Assembly (NCBI GenBank): GCA_001783515.1
Contig: MFMN01000003.1
Location: forward strand, 1-61,420
DNA length: 61,420 nt
Source of the DNA: Candidatus Kaiserbacteria bacterium RIFCSPLOWO2_12_FULL_50_10
GTDB lineage: Bacteria; Patescibacteriota; Minisyncoccia; Phycocordibacterales; UBA918
Reading direction: 5' to 3'
Part shown: one piece after another, positions 45,009-54,628 of the stretch
Position numbering within the stretch: the first letter of the stretch is position 1
Layout of the letters: the number at the start of each line of letters is the position of its first letter
Made by a program: the position numbers and the translations under genes
The notes under the pieces: generated by a model
Told to the model about the DNA's origin: nothing
Databases searched by the model: none
What the model saw: only the letters and a program-made list of their open reading frames with translations

Positions 45009-47021
45009 ATGACCTCGATAGATCCTGAGCGAATTACCTATTTTGCAGAGACGGACGCGCGCGGGAAGCGTGTGCCGTTTGGTATACGCGCAAAGGATCG
45101 TACTCGTCATGTGTATGTCATCGGGAAGTCAGGCATGGGCAAATCAACCCTGCTTGAAAACATGGCCGTGCAAGACATTCGTAATGGCGAAGGTTTCGCT
45201 TTTATCGACCCCCACGGACAATCGGCAGACGCCATCATGCGACATATCCCGCAAGAGCGTCTCAAAGACGTGCTGTATTTTAATCCGTCTGATCTCGCGC
45301 ACCCGATTGCGTTCAATGTGCTCGAGCGCGTTGACCCAGACAAGCGGTTTTTGGTAGTTGCCGGACTCATGTCGGTCTTTAAGAAGATTTGGGTCGATGC
45401 ATGGTCGGCGCGTATGGAGTATTTGCTCCAGTACACGCTCTCGGCGCTCCTTGAATATCCTGATGCGACACTCCTTGGTGTGAACCGCATGCTCTCCGAA
45501 AAAGGGTATCGAGATGCGGTGGTGGCACACGTCACCGACCCTGCGGTGAAGTCGTTCTGGGAAGACGAGTACGCGAAGTATTCCGAAAAGTACGCACAAG
45601 AAGCGGGCGATGCGATTAAAAACAAAATTGGTCAGTTCACGTCGAACCCCGTTGTGCGTAACATTATCGGGCAGTCACACACAAGTTTTAATTTGCGTAA
45701 GTTTATGGATGAACGCAAAATCCTCATCGTGAACCTCTCAAAAGGACTCATTGGTGAGTCGAACGCAAACCTGCTTGGTTCAATGCTTACGACGAGTATC
45801 TATCTTGCTGCGATGAGTCGTGCAGATTTATCACCGCGTGAGCACGCCGCTGCGCCAAACTTTTATTTCTACGTTGATGAGTTTCAGTCTTTTGCGAACG
45901 CGACGTTTGCGAACATTTTGTCCGAGGCGCGCAAATATAAACTCAACCTCACCATCGCGCACCAGTACGTCGACCAAATGGAAGAAGACGTGCGTAATGC
46001 GGTGTTCGGCAACGTGGGTACCACGATTACTTTTCGTGTGGGGCCGCTCGATGCGGAGGTGCTCGAAAAGATGTTTGAGCCGACCTTTATGGCGACGGAT
46101 ATCGTCTCGCTTGGCTTTGCGCAGATTTATCTCACCATGATGATTGATGGCATCGGGTCGCCGCCGTTTTCTGCAAAGACACTTCCGCCAATCCGTGAAC
46201 CAGAGACGACATACTACGATGTGGCGATTGCGGAGAGTCGTAAGCAGTTTAGTTTGCCTCGCGCGGAGGCCGAGGTGAAAGTAAATGCATTTTATACGGA
46301 ACAATTCGCATCAGCATCAACTGCAAAAAAAGACTTTAAGAAAGATTTCAAAAAAGAAGGCGAGCGAAGTCCTCGCGCAGAGCGTGCGGTGCCTGATGAT
46401 CGAAAACCTCTTTCCGATGAGGAAAAGTCGCGTCATAAAGATGACTTACGTGCGATCCTCTCTGGTTTGGGTGAAGCGCGCCCTGCAGAAGTTTTGACGA
46501 CATCCCCTGAAAAAGAAGAAGAGACATTCGAAGAAAAGCCTACACCAGTCCAAGAAGTTCCTGTACGCAAGGAACCTCGACCTGAAGCAGGAACTAGGGA
46601 AGAGGCGCGTCCGCCACGTCGTCCTGCTCGAGACCTAAGTGCGCGTGAGCGTGGGACAAAGCAAGCGTACGTAGATCACGAACCACCGAAGCAGCACGAC
46701 TTAAAAAACGCTCTCGCCGCTGCACTTGCAGGCATAACACCTCCCGAAAAAGTAGTGTATGAAGAGCCGGTGCCGCGCACCGCCCCTGAAGTCGTCTCTG
46801 TCGTCATTCCTGAAACCCCCGCACCGTCAGTCAAAGAAGATACGCTTGCCGAATCCCACCCCCTGAAACCGAAAGATGTAGAAAAGCTTCGCAAGCACTT
46901 TGACGAAAAAGCCGCTGAAGTTTCTGCCCTACAACGTGCACCGCACGAAGTTACGCCGCAAGCGCTTGCGCACATGATGCGCATCACACTTCGCGATAAA
47001 AAACGTCGCCCAACATCATAA
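45009..47021 (+). CDS. T4SS coupling-protein-type (TraD/VirD4/TrwB-like) P-loop ATPase with long charged C-terminal tail
   Basis: Walker [10 protein letters not shown], Walker [12 protein letters not shown], and [22 protein letters not shown] plus 10 nt precedes the ATG. There is no N-terminal TM segment. Confidence 0.65.
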   Translation: MTSIDPERITYFAETDARGKRVPFGIRAKDRTRHVYVIGKSGMGKSTLLENMAVQDIRNGEGFAFIDPHGQSADAIMRHIPQERLKDVLYFNPSDLAHPIAFNVLERVDPDKRFLVVAGLMSVFKKIWVDAWSARMEYLLQYTLSALLEYPDATLLGVNRMLSEKGYRDAVVAHVTDPAVKSFWEDEYAKYSEKYAQEAGDAIKNKIGQFTSNPVVRNIIGQSHTSFNLRKFMDERKILIVNLSKGLIGESNANLLGSMLTTSIYLAAMSRADLSPREHAAAPNFYFYVDEFQSFANATFANILSEARKYKLNLTIAHQYVDQMEEDVRNAVFGNVGTTITFRVGPLDAEVLEKMFEPTFMATDIVSLGFAQIYLTMMIDGIGSPPFSAKTLPPIREPETTYYDVAIAESRKQFSLPRAEAEVKVNAFYTEQFASASTAKKDFKKDFKKEGERSPRAERAVPDDRKPLSDEEKSRHKDDLRAILSGLGEARPAEVLTTSPEKEEETFEEKPTPVQEVPVRKEPRPEAGTREEARPPRRPARDLSARERGTKQAYVDHEPPKQHDLKNALAAALAGITPPEKVVYEEPVPRTAPEVVSVVIPETPAPSVKEDTLAESHPLKPKDVEKLRKHFDEKAAEVSALQRAPHEVTPQALAHMMRITLRDKKRRPTS

Positions 47022-47032
47022 TTGTATATCCT

Positions 47033-47506
47033 ATGCTCTCTGCATTTTTGAACATTCTCCTCGATTTCGCAACACTGCTTGTCGTGCTCGCCGTGTTTCT
47101 TGGCGTGGGAATGAAATGGGGAATTGAGTCGCTCCGCCTCGTGCTGCTCTCGCTTTACTTGGCGGTCCTTGTCTGGCTCATGTTCCCGCACCATGAACTC
47201 GCGACGTCGATTCTAGGGGATTCATCGCTAGCTCGCTTTGCACTCTTCGCGCTTTTTGAAACGTTTACCTTTTGGATTGCCTCATATATTCTCCATCGCA
47301 GTTACGAAAAACCGTTTGAGTTTTTCGGTAAGAAGATTATCTACGCAAGTGCTGGTGCGGTGCAGGTTATTATCATTGCGGTTCATGTTATCTCATTTAC
47401 TACCTTCCCGCTTCTCAGCTCAGGCATACTCGACACGCTTTTTGGAAATCCTGATACCGCGTTCTATTGGTTTATCGCACCGCTCATCCTCGTCGCCGTT
47501 TTTTAG
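47033..47506 (+). CDS. Integral membrane protein, unknown function
   Basis: 157 aa with about 5 TM helices. It starts 12 nt after the ATPase stop. Confidence 0.5.
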   Translation: MLSAFLNILLDFATLLVVLAVFLGVGMKWGIESLRLVLLSLYLAVLVWLMFPHHELATSILGDSSLARFALFALFETFTFWIASYILHRSYEKPFEFFGKKIIYASAGAVQVIIIAVHVISFTTFPLLSSGILDTLFGNPDTAFYWFIAPLILVAVF

Positions 47507-47548
47507 ACGGTTTGGAAGCAGTCTCCACAGACTGTTTTTAGTCGCGCG

Positions 47549-47557
47549 TGGTACAAT
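47549..47557 (+). promoter_or_regulatory. Extended -10 box TGGTACAAT, 8 nt upstream of ATG 47566
   Basis: The sequence reads tggtacaat, ctctgcac, then ATG. Confidence 0.55.
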
Positions 47558-47565
47558 CTCTGCAC

Positions 47566-50500
47566 ATGAAGATGATGCGCGCACTCAACATAGCTCTCTT
47601 TTCTCTCGGCGTATTTTTCATGCCGGTTTCTGTGCATGCAGCGGTTCAGTTTATTGGGGCGACAACAGGCACGAACTCTGCGACGATGCCTGCGGGCGTG
47701 CAGGTAGGCGACATTCTTATTGGTGTGGGCTACCGTGGACAAAACGCAACACCTGTCGGCGTTCCTTCAGGATGGACTGCGATCGATCCGAGCAGCGGTA
47801 GCAACAACAATTCGTCGCGTATTGGTTTTATCTATGTCACCAGCCCCACTATGTCGCTCGGTAATTGGGCGAGTGCAAATAAGGTGATTATTACTGCGTA
47901 CCGCGGCGTACGCAGTGACTACAGTGCGACGAATCTCCCCAATTTTGCAGGTGTATGGACGGGGGCAAGTGCTACTGTTTCATTTCCCTCACTCACACTC
48001 GCCGGCACAACGAACACCTCGCATATTCTTTGGTTCGGGGGGCAACGTGCCACACAGACCTTCTCTATACCGACATGGTCACGAGCGGGAACTATCCGCA
48101 TGCAGTCATCAGGAACAAACGGTTCTATTGTGGCTGCTGACACAAACGGTGTGACCGCGAACGGTTCGTCCATTTTTATGAACACGTCGTCGTCGCAGCA
48201 GTACCGCACGTACGCGATTGAAGTAGAGAGCGCGACACCGCTCGAGCCAACAATGACGCTAGCCGCACAAAATACCACCGTTGCGCTTGGCGGATCAACC
48301 GCACTCACCTGGTCGTCAACCAATGCAGCTTCCTGTACCGCGTCGGGAGGCTGGAGCGGAACCCTTAGCGCCAGCGGTTCGCAGACCGTCGGTCCAATAA
48401 CGCAGAGTACCACCTTCACCCTTGCTTGTTCGGGGGCACAGGGTACGGCAACGTCGTCAGTGACGGTGGTGCCAGGAATCACCGTCGACAATGTTCTTAC
48501 GACAGACCAGGGTTTTCAGGTGTATGCATTCAATGCGAATGGTACACTTTCAACAATTGCGCGGAAAACAGACTTCCCGGCAGGGTACGGTGTTGTAGGG
48601 GGGTGGAGCAGTGTCGAGATTGACAATGTAGGCGGCGCCTCAGAGCTCTTGCGTGTTATTTTTGATAATCCTGCAACAACTACACAGGTACAGGTTGCTT
48701 GGGCACAAGCAGCCGGTCCCTCAGCTATGTATACGCTGTATAACGCTGACGGTATCTTTGTTGCCTCCGGTACAATACCGACAGCGGGCACAGACGGTGT
48801 TGATGACCCAGTAACGCTCGATGCAGGCGGTCAGTCATATTCGCGAATAGATTTTACGGCAAACCTTGACAGGAACTTTATCATTCACAGTATTCTCCTA
48901 CCTGACGGACTTATTGTTGGTGCAGATCCCGTGGTTACTTCAATTGCCGCAATCGGCACGAATGCGGCACGCGAATATACAGTAGGTGACACCGATGGAC
49001 TCATACAGCTTATTGGTACCGATTTCGGAACCACCGCAGGCGCCGTAGTCTTTTCGGGTACATGGGGCACAGCGACGGGAACCATCCATACAACTGCCGA
49101 GGGCTCGTGTGCTGTTGGCGACTTCACGGACACCTCGGTGTGTGTTGAAGTGCCGAGCAGCATTCCTGATGACGTATATACAGCGACCGTTACGCTCGTG
49201 CGTGCAGACGGTGCGGTTGCAACAGCGCCAACACTCACCATTCTTCCTCGCATTACAAGCATGACACCGACGACAGTTTTGGAAGGTGATACCATTACTA
49301 TTGCGGGCAATCACCTCTGCCAGACCGGCACCTGCCCGACAGTATTCGATGCAGGTAATACGATTACGATTGGCGGTGTTACGGCGACGCTTGTCTCATG
49401 GTCGCATACGGGGATTGTGGTGACGGTGCCGTCTGGTATTTCAGCAGGTGTAAATACAGTAACGGTAACAACAGGTGGGACCGCAATTACTGCGGGTTCT
49501 GTCACATTTACCCCACCGCCAACGCTGAATCTCACTGCTGCAGCGACAGTCGTTGCGCTCGGTAGCGCGACGAACCTCTCGTGGTCAACAACAAACGCTA
49601 CATCCTGTAGCGCTTCAGGAACATGGGATGATGTTACGCTGTTTAATGGTGCAAATTGGGTTTCAGGACAAAATAATGGAAGAGCAATCAGTATGAATGG
49701 TACTAATCAGTATGCGGCGGCACCCACCGGCGTTGTCGCGACTGCTGGTGTCACGACTATCTCCGCGTGGGTTAACATGAACTCCCTAAGCACCTGGATG
49801 CGTATATTCGATTTTGGGACAGGAACAAACAACTATATGTTCTTGGCGCCTCGTGGCGGTAGCAATGTGATTCGTTTTGGTATACGAACGCCAGCAGTAG
49901 GTGAGCAGCAGATAAACGGTACCGCAGCACTCCCGACAGGCGGCTGGCATCATGTTGCGGTAACGATGAGCGGCACAACCGGTGTGCTCTATGTTGATGG
50001 TGTACAGGTTGGCAGCAACACAAACATGACACTCACGCCGTCAAGTCTTGGCAACACCACGCAAAACTGGATTGGTCGCTCACAGTGGCCGGATCCATAT
50101 CTCAATGGGCTCGTACAAGATTTTCGTATCGACACGGGCGCATTTACCGCCGCACAAATTACTGCGCTTATGCAAGGAACAGCAAGTGGCGCAACGACGA
50201 TCTTCGCAATAGGCAGCGGATGGAGTGGTGCCTTGGGAACATCCGGCACACAGTCAACAGGCGCTATTACTGCGCCAACAACATTCTCACTTATGTGTAC
50301 CGGCCCCGGCGGCAGCGCATCGTCATCGGTTACGGTCTCGCCAGTTAGTGCGGCAACCGTTTCTCTTACGGCGTCGCCAACAAGCGTTAATCTCAATGGC
50401 ACTTCAACACTTTCCTGGTCGGCAACGGATGCAGATAGCTGTACGGCAACAGGCGGCTGGTCAGGTCCGCTAGGGGCTTCTGGCTCGACATCAACCGCGC

Positions 50501-52638
50501 CGCTTGCAACGTCGACCGTCTTTGGTATTTCTTGTACCAATATCAGCGGCACGGTACTTGCATCGACGACAGTTACGGTTACGCAGCCGCCAACAATCAC
50601 GGGAAGTGGTAACGGCTATACAAATACTACCAACACGGCAGTCAACGACGGCGGCGCTGCCCTCGACAGCATTACTATTACGGGAGAAAATTTTGGTGCA
50701 CAATGCGATACGGCAAACTTCATCACCATCGGTGGCTACCAGATTCCTTGTGCGAACGTGACGAGTTGGACGACAACCAGTATTACGTTTACCATTCCTG
50801 CATCTATCGACAACCTTGGCGGAACTGGAGTCAACGGACTTACCATCACTACAGGCGGACAAACGTCAACGCCAGTAGATTTTGTGGTGTATCCAAGCAT
50901 TACCTCGATTGCAGCACCAAGTACGAACAGTGGCGCAGAAGGAAGTGTTATCCAGCTCATAGGTTCAGCATTCGGCACAGGCGCAGGAACTATCACGTTC
51001 TCAGGCTCATGGGGGACGGCAACCGCAACGATTCAGTTGACCGCGAGCGGTTCGTGTACTGTCGGCGGGTGGACAAACACCTCTGTCTGTGTGACGGTGC
51101 CCGGAGGTATTCCTGATGACGCGTATACCGCAACCATCACCCTCGAGCGCACTGATGGGGCAGCGGCAACGGCGCCGACATTTACCATTGCGCCACAGGT
51201 AGCAAGTATGTCGCCAATGTCAGGTGTTGCCGGCGATACTATCACTATTACAGGTAATCATCTTTGCCAAACGGGCACCTGTCCAACATCGTTCGATGCA
51301 GGGAATATCATCACGATTGGTGGCGTTACCGCAACGCTTGTTTCGTGGTCACATACCGGTATTGTGGTGACCGTGCCGCCTGGCGTTACGATTGGCGCGA
51401 ACACGGTTGTTGTTACTACGAATGGAGTTTCCATTGGTGCGGGTACGTTGAACGTGCTTAGTACCACGCCCAATACACCAGACATCTCGGGCGTGGGAGG
51501 AACCGGGCAGTTTAGTAATGGAAGTGCTGTGGCAGTTGGTGAGGCCGCTGCATCGTCAACGGTGACCTTCACCGCATCACTGAGCGCACAAACGTCAGCA
51601 ACGCTCGCACTTGAAGTTGAAGTAAAGCCGGTCGGTACAGCATTTGATGCATCGGGTATCTTTGTCGGGGGCTCGGTACTCTACAGTGGCGCAGCGGTGC
51701 TTGGTAGTGTGACGTCAGAGCTCAGCAATAATGCGTCGTATCACTGGCGGGCACGAGTGCGCAATGTAAGTACGAATGAAGTCTCTGCATGGGTTGCGTT
51801 CGGCAGTAACCCCGGAGGCGACGGCTCTGGCGATGGCGAGCCTGCGAACATAGACCTCACCATCGCAACAGGCGGGCCAACCGTGAGCGGCGTCGGTACT
51901 GGCCCTGGCTGCACCGCGCATGATTTGGTGAAGGATACCTCGGCGCGTATTGCATGGACTGCGTCGTCAATTCTCTCGCCGATTGCGAATAAAGTTCGCC
52001 TTGCAACGTCGTCATCAATGGCAGACTTTGTTGAGTATCCTGCATCAAACGGTACCGCACCACAGGTAACGCTCACCGGCCTCGTGGCCGAGACGGCATA
52101 CTACTATCAGGTCATCTCACAAGACTCACTCGGCACCGAAACGATACTTCAGGAAAACGAACCGCACTGCACCTTCATTACCGAGGAGGCCTCAAAGCGT
52201 ATCAACAAGCTTTCCGAGTTCTATATTTGTCAGATGCATGCGCAAGACGAAGTATGGACAGGAGGTTCGGGCGTTACCTGTATTTCAGGCGACGACGGTG
52301 CAAAAACATTCAATGTCTTCGTCTCCGAAATGGTTGCGTCGAAGCCGGTGGTGCAAACCTCCGCATTCGTTGAAGTCTTCGGTATTGCAGAAGCCTCGGG
52401 CGACTTCACGGTCACGGTCAACGTCAACAATATCGGACCAAAAACAATCACGGTGAAAAACCCACAAGGTTCAATACCGTATCGAGTACTGTATCATTTG
52501 CCCGACGGCTACAATCTCGATTTTCCCGCAGACACGAGTGCCTCAAACCTCCTTGATGTGCAGGTGAGCGGTGCGGATACGGTGTCCTCAATGGGGGCAA
52601 AGGCAATACTAAACTATTACTATTTCCCAACATACTGA
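47566..52638 (+). CDS. Giant secreted adhesin-like protein (~1,690 aa): signal peptide, Ig-like Cys-pair modules, IPT/TIG-like repeats, LamG domain, FN3-like domain
   Basis: MKMMRALNIALFSLGVFFMPVSVHA signal peptide. The LamG segment is WMRIFDFGTGTNNYMFLAP..GGWHHVAVTMSGTTGVLYVDGVQVG. ITIAGNHLCQTGTCP repeats and an FN3-like ARIAWTASS..TGLVAETAYYYQV are present. Confidence 0.75.
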   Translation: MKMMRALNIALFSLGVFFMPVSVHAAVQFIGATTGTNSATMPAGVQVGDILIGVGYRGQNATPVGVPSGWTAIDPSSGSNNNSSRIGFIYVTSPTMSLGNWASANKVIITAYRGVRSDYSATNLPNFAGVWTGASATVSFPSLTLAGTTNTSHILWFGGQRATQTFSIPTWSRAGTIRMQSSGTNGSIVAADTNGVTANGSSIFMNTSSSQQYRTYAIEVESATPLEPTMTLAAQNTTVALGGSTALTWSSTNAASCTASGGWSGTLSASGSQTVGPITQSTTFTLACSGAQGTATSSVTVVPGITVDNVLTTDQGFQVYAFNANGTLSTIARKTDFPAGYGVVGGWSSVEIDNVGGASELLRVIFDNPATTTQVQVAWAQAAGPSAMYTLYNADGIFVASGTIPTAGTDGVDDPVTLDAGGQSYSRIDFTANLDRNFIIHSILLPDGLIVGADPVVTSIAAIGTNAAREYTVGDTDGLIQLIGTDFGTTAGAVVFSGTWGTATGTIHTTAEGSCAVGDFTDTSVCVEVPSSIPDDVYTATVTLVRADGAVATAPTLTILPRITSMTPTTVLEGDTITIAGNHLCQTGTCPTVFDAGNTITIGGVTATLVSWSHTGIVVTVPSGISAGVNTVTVTTGGTAITAGSVTFTPPPTLNLTAAATVVALGSATNLSWSTTNATSCSASGTWDDVTLFNGANWVSGQNNGRAISMNGTNQYAAAPTGVVATAGVTTISAWVNMNSLSTWMRIFDFGTGTNNYMFLAPRGGSNVIRFGIRTPAVGEQQINGTAALPTGGWHHVAVTMSGTTGVLYVDGVQVGSNTNMTLTPSSLGNTTQNWIGRSQWPDPYLNGLVQDFRIDTGAFTAAQITALMQGTASGATTIFAIGSGWSGALGTSGTQSTGAITAPTTFSLMCTGPGGSASSSVTVSPVSAATVSLTASPTSVNLNGTSTLSWSATDADSCTATGGWSGPLGASGSTSTAPLATSTVFGISCTNISGTVLASTTVTVTQPPTITGSGNGYTNTTNTAVNDGGAALDSITITGENFGAQCDTANFITIGGYQIPCANVTSWTTTSITFTIPASIDNLGGTGVNGLTITTGGQTSTPVDFVVYPSITSIAAPSTNSGAEGSVIQLIGSAFGTGAGTITFSGSWGTATATIQLTASGSCTVGGWTNTSVCVTVPGGIPDDAYTATITLERTDGAAATAPTFTIAPQVASMSPMSGVAGDTITITGNHLCQTGTCPTSFDAGNIITIGGVTATLVSWSHTGIVVTVPPGVTIGANTVVVTTNGVSIGAGTLNVLSTTPNTPDISGVGGTGQFSNGSAVAVGEAAASSTVTFTASLSAQTSATLALEVEVKPVGTAFDASGIFVGGSVLYSGAAVLGSVTSELSNNASYHWRARVRNVSTNEVSAWVAFGSNPGGDGSGDGEPANIDLTIATGGPTVSGVGTGPGCTAHDLVKDTSARIAWTASSILSPIANKVRLATSSSMADFVEYPASNGTAPQVTLTGLVAETAYYYQVISQDSLGTETILQENEPHCTFITEEASKRINKLSEFYICQMHAQDEVWTGGSGVTCISGDDGAKTFNVFVSEMVASKPVVQTSAFVEVFGIAEASGDFTVTVNVNNIGPKTITVKNPQGSIPYRVLYHLPDGYNLDFPADTSASNLLDVQVSGADTVSSMGAKAILNYYYFPTY

Positions 52639-52753
52639 CGCCCAAAATCGGCGAATTTGCACCAGCTTCGTGAAATTTTCTCTCCAACGTACGTCAGGTA
52701 CGACTCCGAGAAAATTTCACTCCAGCCGGCACAACTTCATCCGATTTTGATCG
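52639..52753 (+). repeat. Family-1 palindromic intergenic element, copy E
   Basis: It starts 0 nt after the TGA: CGCCCAAAATCGGCGAATTTGCA...CCGATTTTGATCG. Confidence 0.8.
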
Positions 52754-52791
52754 TCAGTTGAGTGTTTTGTTACTTAAATATTTAGAACAGT

Positions 52792-53382
52792 ATGAAAAAA
52801 GAATCATCAAAAATTGTGTACGAGGTTCCTGCTTCAGCGGAACGACATCCACATACGGTGCCGTGGATTATCGCGGCGGTGTTCGCGCTCTGCGTGCTTG
52901 GGTATGGTGTATGGCAGTATGGGCCGCTCGACGAAGGGGTGTATAGCGTGCCGGTTGTGTCGCCTGAGGGGAACCTCGGTGCGTATGACGCAGCCCTTGT
53001 GGTAGCGCAAAAAGAAGCAAAGGCATGGCAATCAAGTGCTCTCGTTGCTTCCTTTGAACCGCGCGAAACAACCAACGAGCGTGGCGATGCACTTACATGG
53101 CGGTTTATCTTCACAAGCTCCGCGAAGGAGGATGTCGGCTACATTGTCGAAGTAAAAGATGGTGAGGTTACGTTTAAGGAGGAGGCAACCGTGAACGCGC
53201 TCGGCGTACCAATGCCAAGTAATGCAAAAACAATTGATGAAGCAATTGCCGAAGTTCGCGCAATGTCGGGGCGTGCGGACGCACATATTGAAGGTGTTGA
53301 AGCACTTTCAAATGAGGATGGTGTCTGGTATTGGGGGGTGCGAACAGATAAGGGTACAATTTCTGTAAAGATGGAGAAGTAA
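52792..53382 (+). CDS. Membrane-anchored hypothetical protein (PepSY-like feel)
   Basis: 196 aa with a TM helix (VPWIIAAVFALCVLGYGVW) and an extracellular alpha/beta part. Confidence 0.45.
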   Translation: MKKESSKIVYEVPASAERHPHTVPWIIAAVFALCVLGYGVWQYGPLDEGVYSVPVVSPEGNLGAYDAALVVAQKEAKAWQSSALVASFEPRETTNERGDALTWRFIFTSSAKEDVGYIVEVKDGEVTFKEEATVNALGVPMPSNAKTIDEAIAEVRAMSGRADAHIEGVEALSNEDGVWYWGVRTDKGTISVKMEK

Positions 53383-53408
53383 GAAAGGGTTGCAAGCATT
53401 GCTTGTAA

Positions 53409-53544
53409 TTCTGGATCCCTCCTGGATGACAAAAGTTGCATGCGCTGTTTTAGATAGGTTACTGAGTTAAAACGACGTAAATTTTAACGATATCTCTCAC
53501 TAAAACCATGCCTGTTACTTTTGTCATCCAGGAGGGATCCAGGA
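53409..53544. mobile_element. Family-2 MITE-like element with 28-bp terminal inverted repeats
   Basis: TTCTGGATCCCTCCTGGATGACAAAAGT ... ACTTTTGTCATCCAGGAGGGATCCAGGA (27/28 complementary) flank an 80-bp core. No ORF is present. Confidence 0.65.
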
Positions 53545-53547
53545 GTC

Positions 53548-54483
53548 ATGTCAACAAACGTAAAACTACTCATAAGTATACTGGTATGCATAGCACTCGC
53601 AGGAAGCGTGACTGTTTTTGCGCAGCTTGCTCCGGAGGAAGTGCAGCCGACTGAGTTTCAGAATCGTACGACGCGCTCGTATATTTATCAGGCCGAAGGT
53701 ACGCATACTGCACCTGAAGAACTGCACGTGCCGTTTCTCTATTCGGTCACTGAAACATCGCCCTCGGTACAGAGTGCGTTTATACAAATTACGGGCATCG
53801 CCTATCCTGCGGTAGGTACCTCAACGCCCGGTGCTACCATCTCGATTGATGACGAAACGTTTTCTACCACTCGCGCAGAATTCTTCCGTACGAATACTCG
53901 TCCGCAAGGTCGTTCGTTCACCCTTCTCTATGACGTAAGTCCCTACTTCGCGCAGCGTGTCACGGAACCTGGCGACTACACCTTTGTCTGGGACGCGCTG
54001 TTGCAAAATGTTGAATACGGATCGCTCGCGGTTGAGCTCATCACGACGTATCAGTACGAACCAATTGACCCGCTCATGCCTATTTGGGGCACGCTCGACT
54101 CGGGAGTTTTTGATACGGGAACACCAGTCGGCGCGGGGTATAACGCTCTTTCATGGCGTGGCGCGCTTGGCGGACCATCTTTTGATCAGGGGCGTGTGCT
54201 ACTGCAGCTTGCAACATCGCACTGTGCAAACGGCGCGGGGAATGCGCCTGCGTGTGATGATGGTGCTGCATGGGAGTTCCGAGGCGGCGCACTCTGCTCA
54301 GCTGATGACTGGTTTGAGAAACCAGCAAACACGCCAATCGATCTGCATGCGACAGGATGTTTGCCCCACTTCAATGATAAGCGATACTATCGGTATCGTG
54401 TAAAAATATGTTCTGTTGAATGCGATACTGCGGGATTGTTTACGCCAACAGTAGATGAAGTGATAGTCAACTGGTCGCCCTAA
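53548..54483 (+). CDS. Secreted hypothetical protein
   Basis: MSTNVKLLISILVCIALAGSVTVFA signal peptide. The track start at 53521 lies inside the inverted repeat. Confidence 0.5.
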   Translation: MSTNVKLLISILVCIALAGSVTVFAQLAPEEVQPTEFQNRTTRSYIYQAEGTHTAPEELHVPFLYSVTETSPSVQSAFIQITGIAYPAVGTSTPGATISIDDETFSTTRAEFFRTNTRPQGRSFTLLYDVSPYFAQRVTEPGDYTFVWDALLQNVEYGSLAVELITTYQYEPIDPLMPIWGTLDSGVFDTGTPVGAGYNALSWRGALGGPSFDQGRVLLQLATSHCANGAGNAPACDDGAAWEFRGGALCSADDWFEKPANTPIDLHATGCLPHFNDKRYYRYRVKICSVECDTAGLFTPTVDEVIVNWSP

Positions 54484-54601
54484 TTCTTGCAAAATGAGCG
54501 AACTTGCGCAGGCTTCAGTCGCTTACGCCTTCACCGTACTCAGGTACGGCTCAGTTGCGCACTCCCTCCAGCCCACACAATTTCATCTCATTTTGTAAGA
54601 A
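54484..54601 (+). repeat. Family-1 palindromic intergenic element, copy F (variant interior)
   Basis: It starts 0 nt after the TAA: TTCTTGCAAAATGAGCGAACTTGCG...CTCATTTTGTAAGAA. Confidence 0.8.
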
Positions 54602-54628
54602 TTAGATTGATTACCACAAAGTTGTGCT

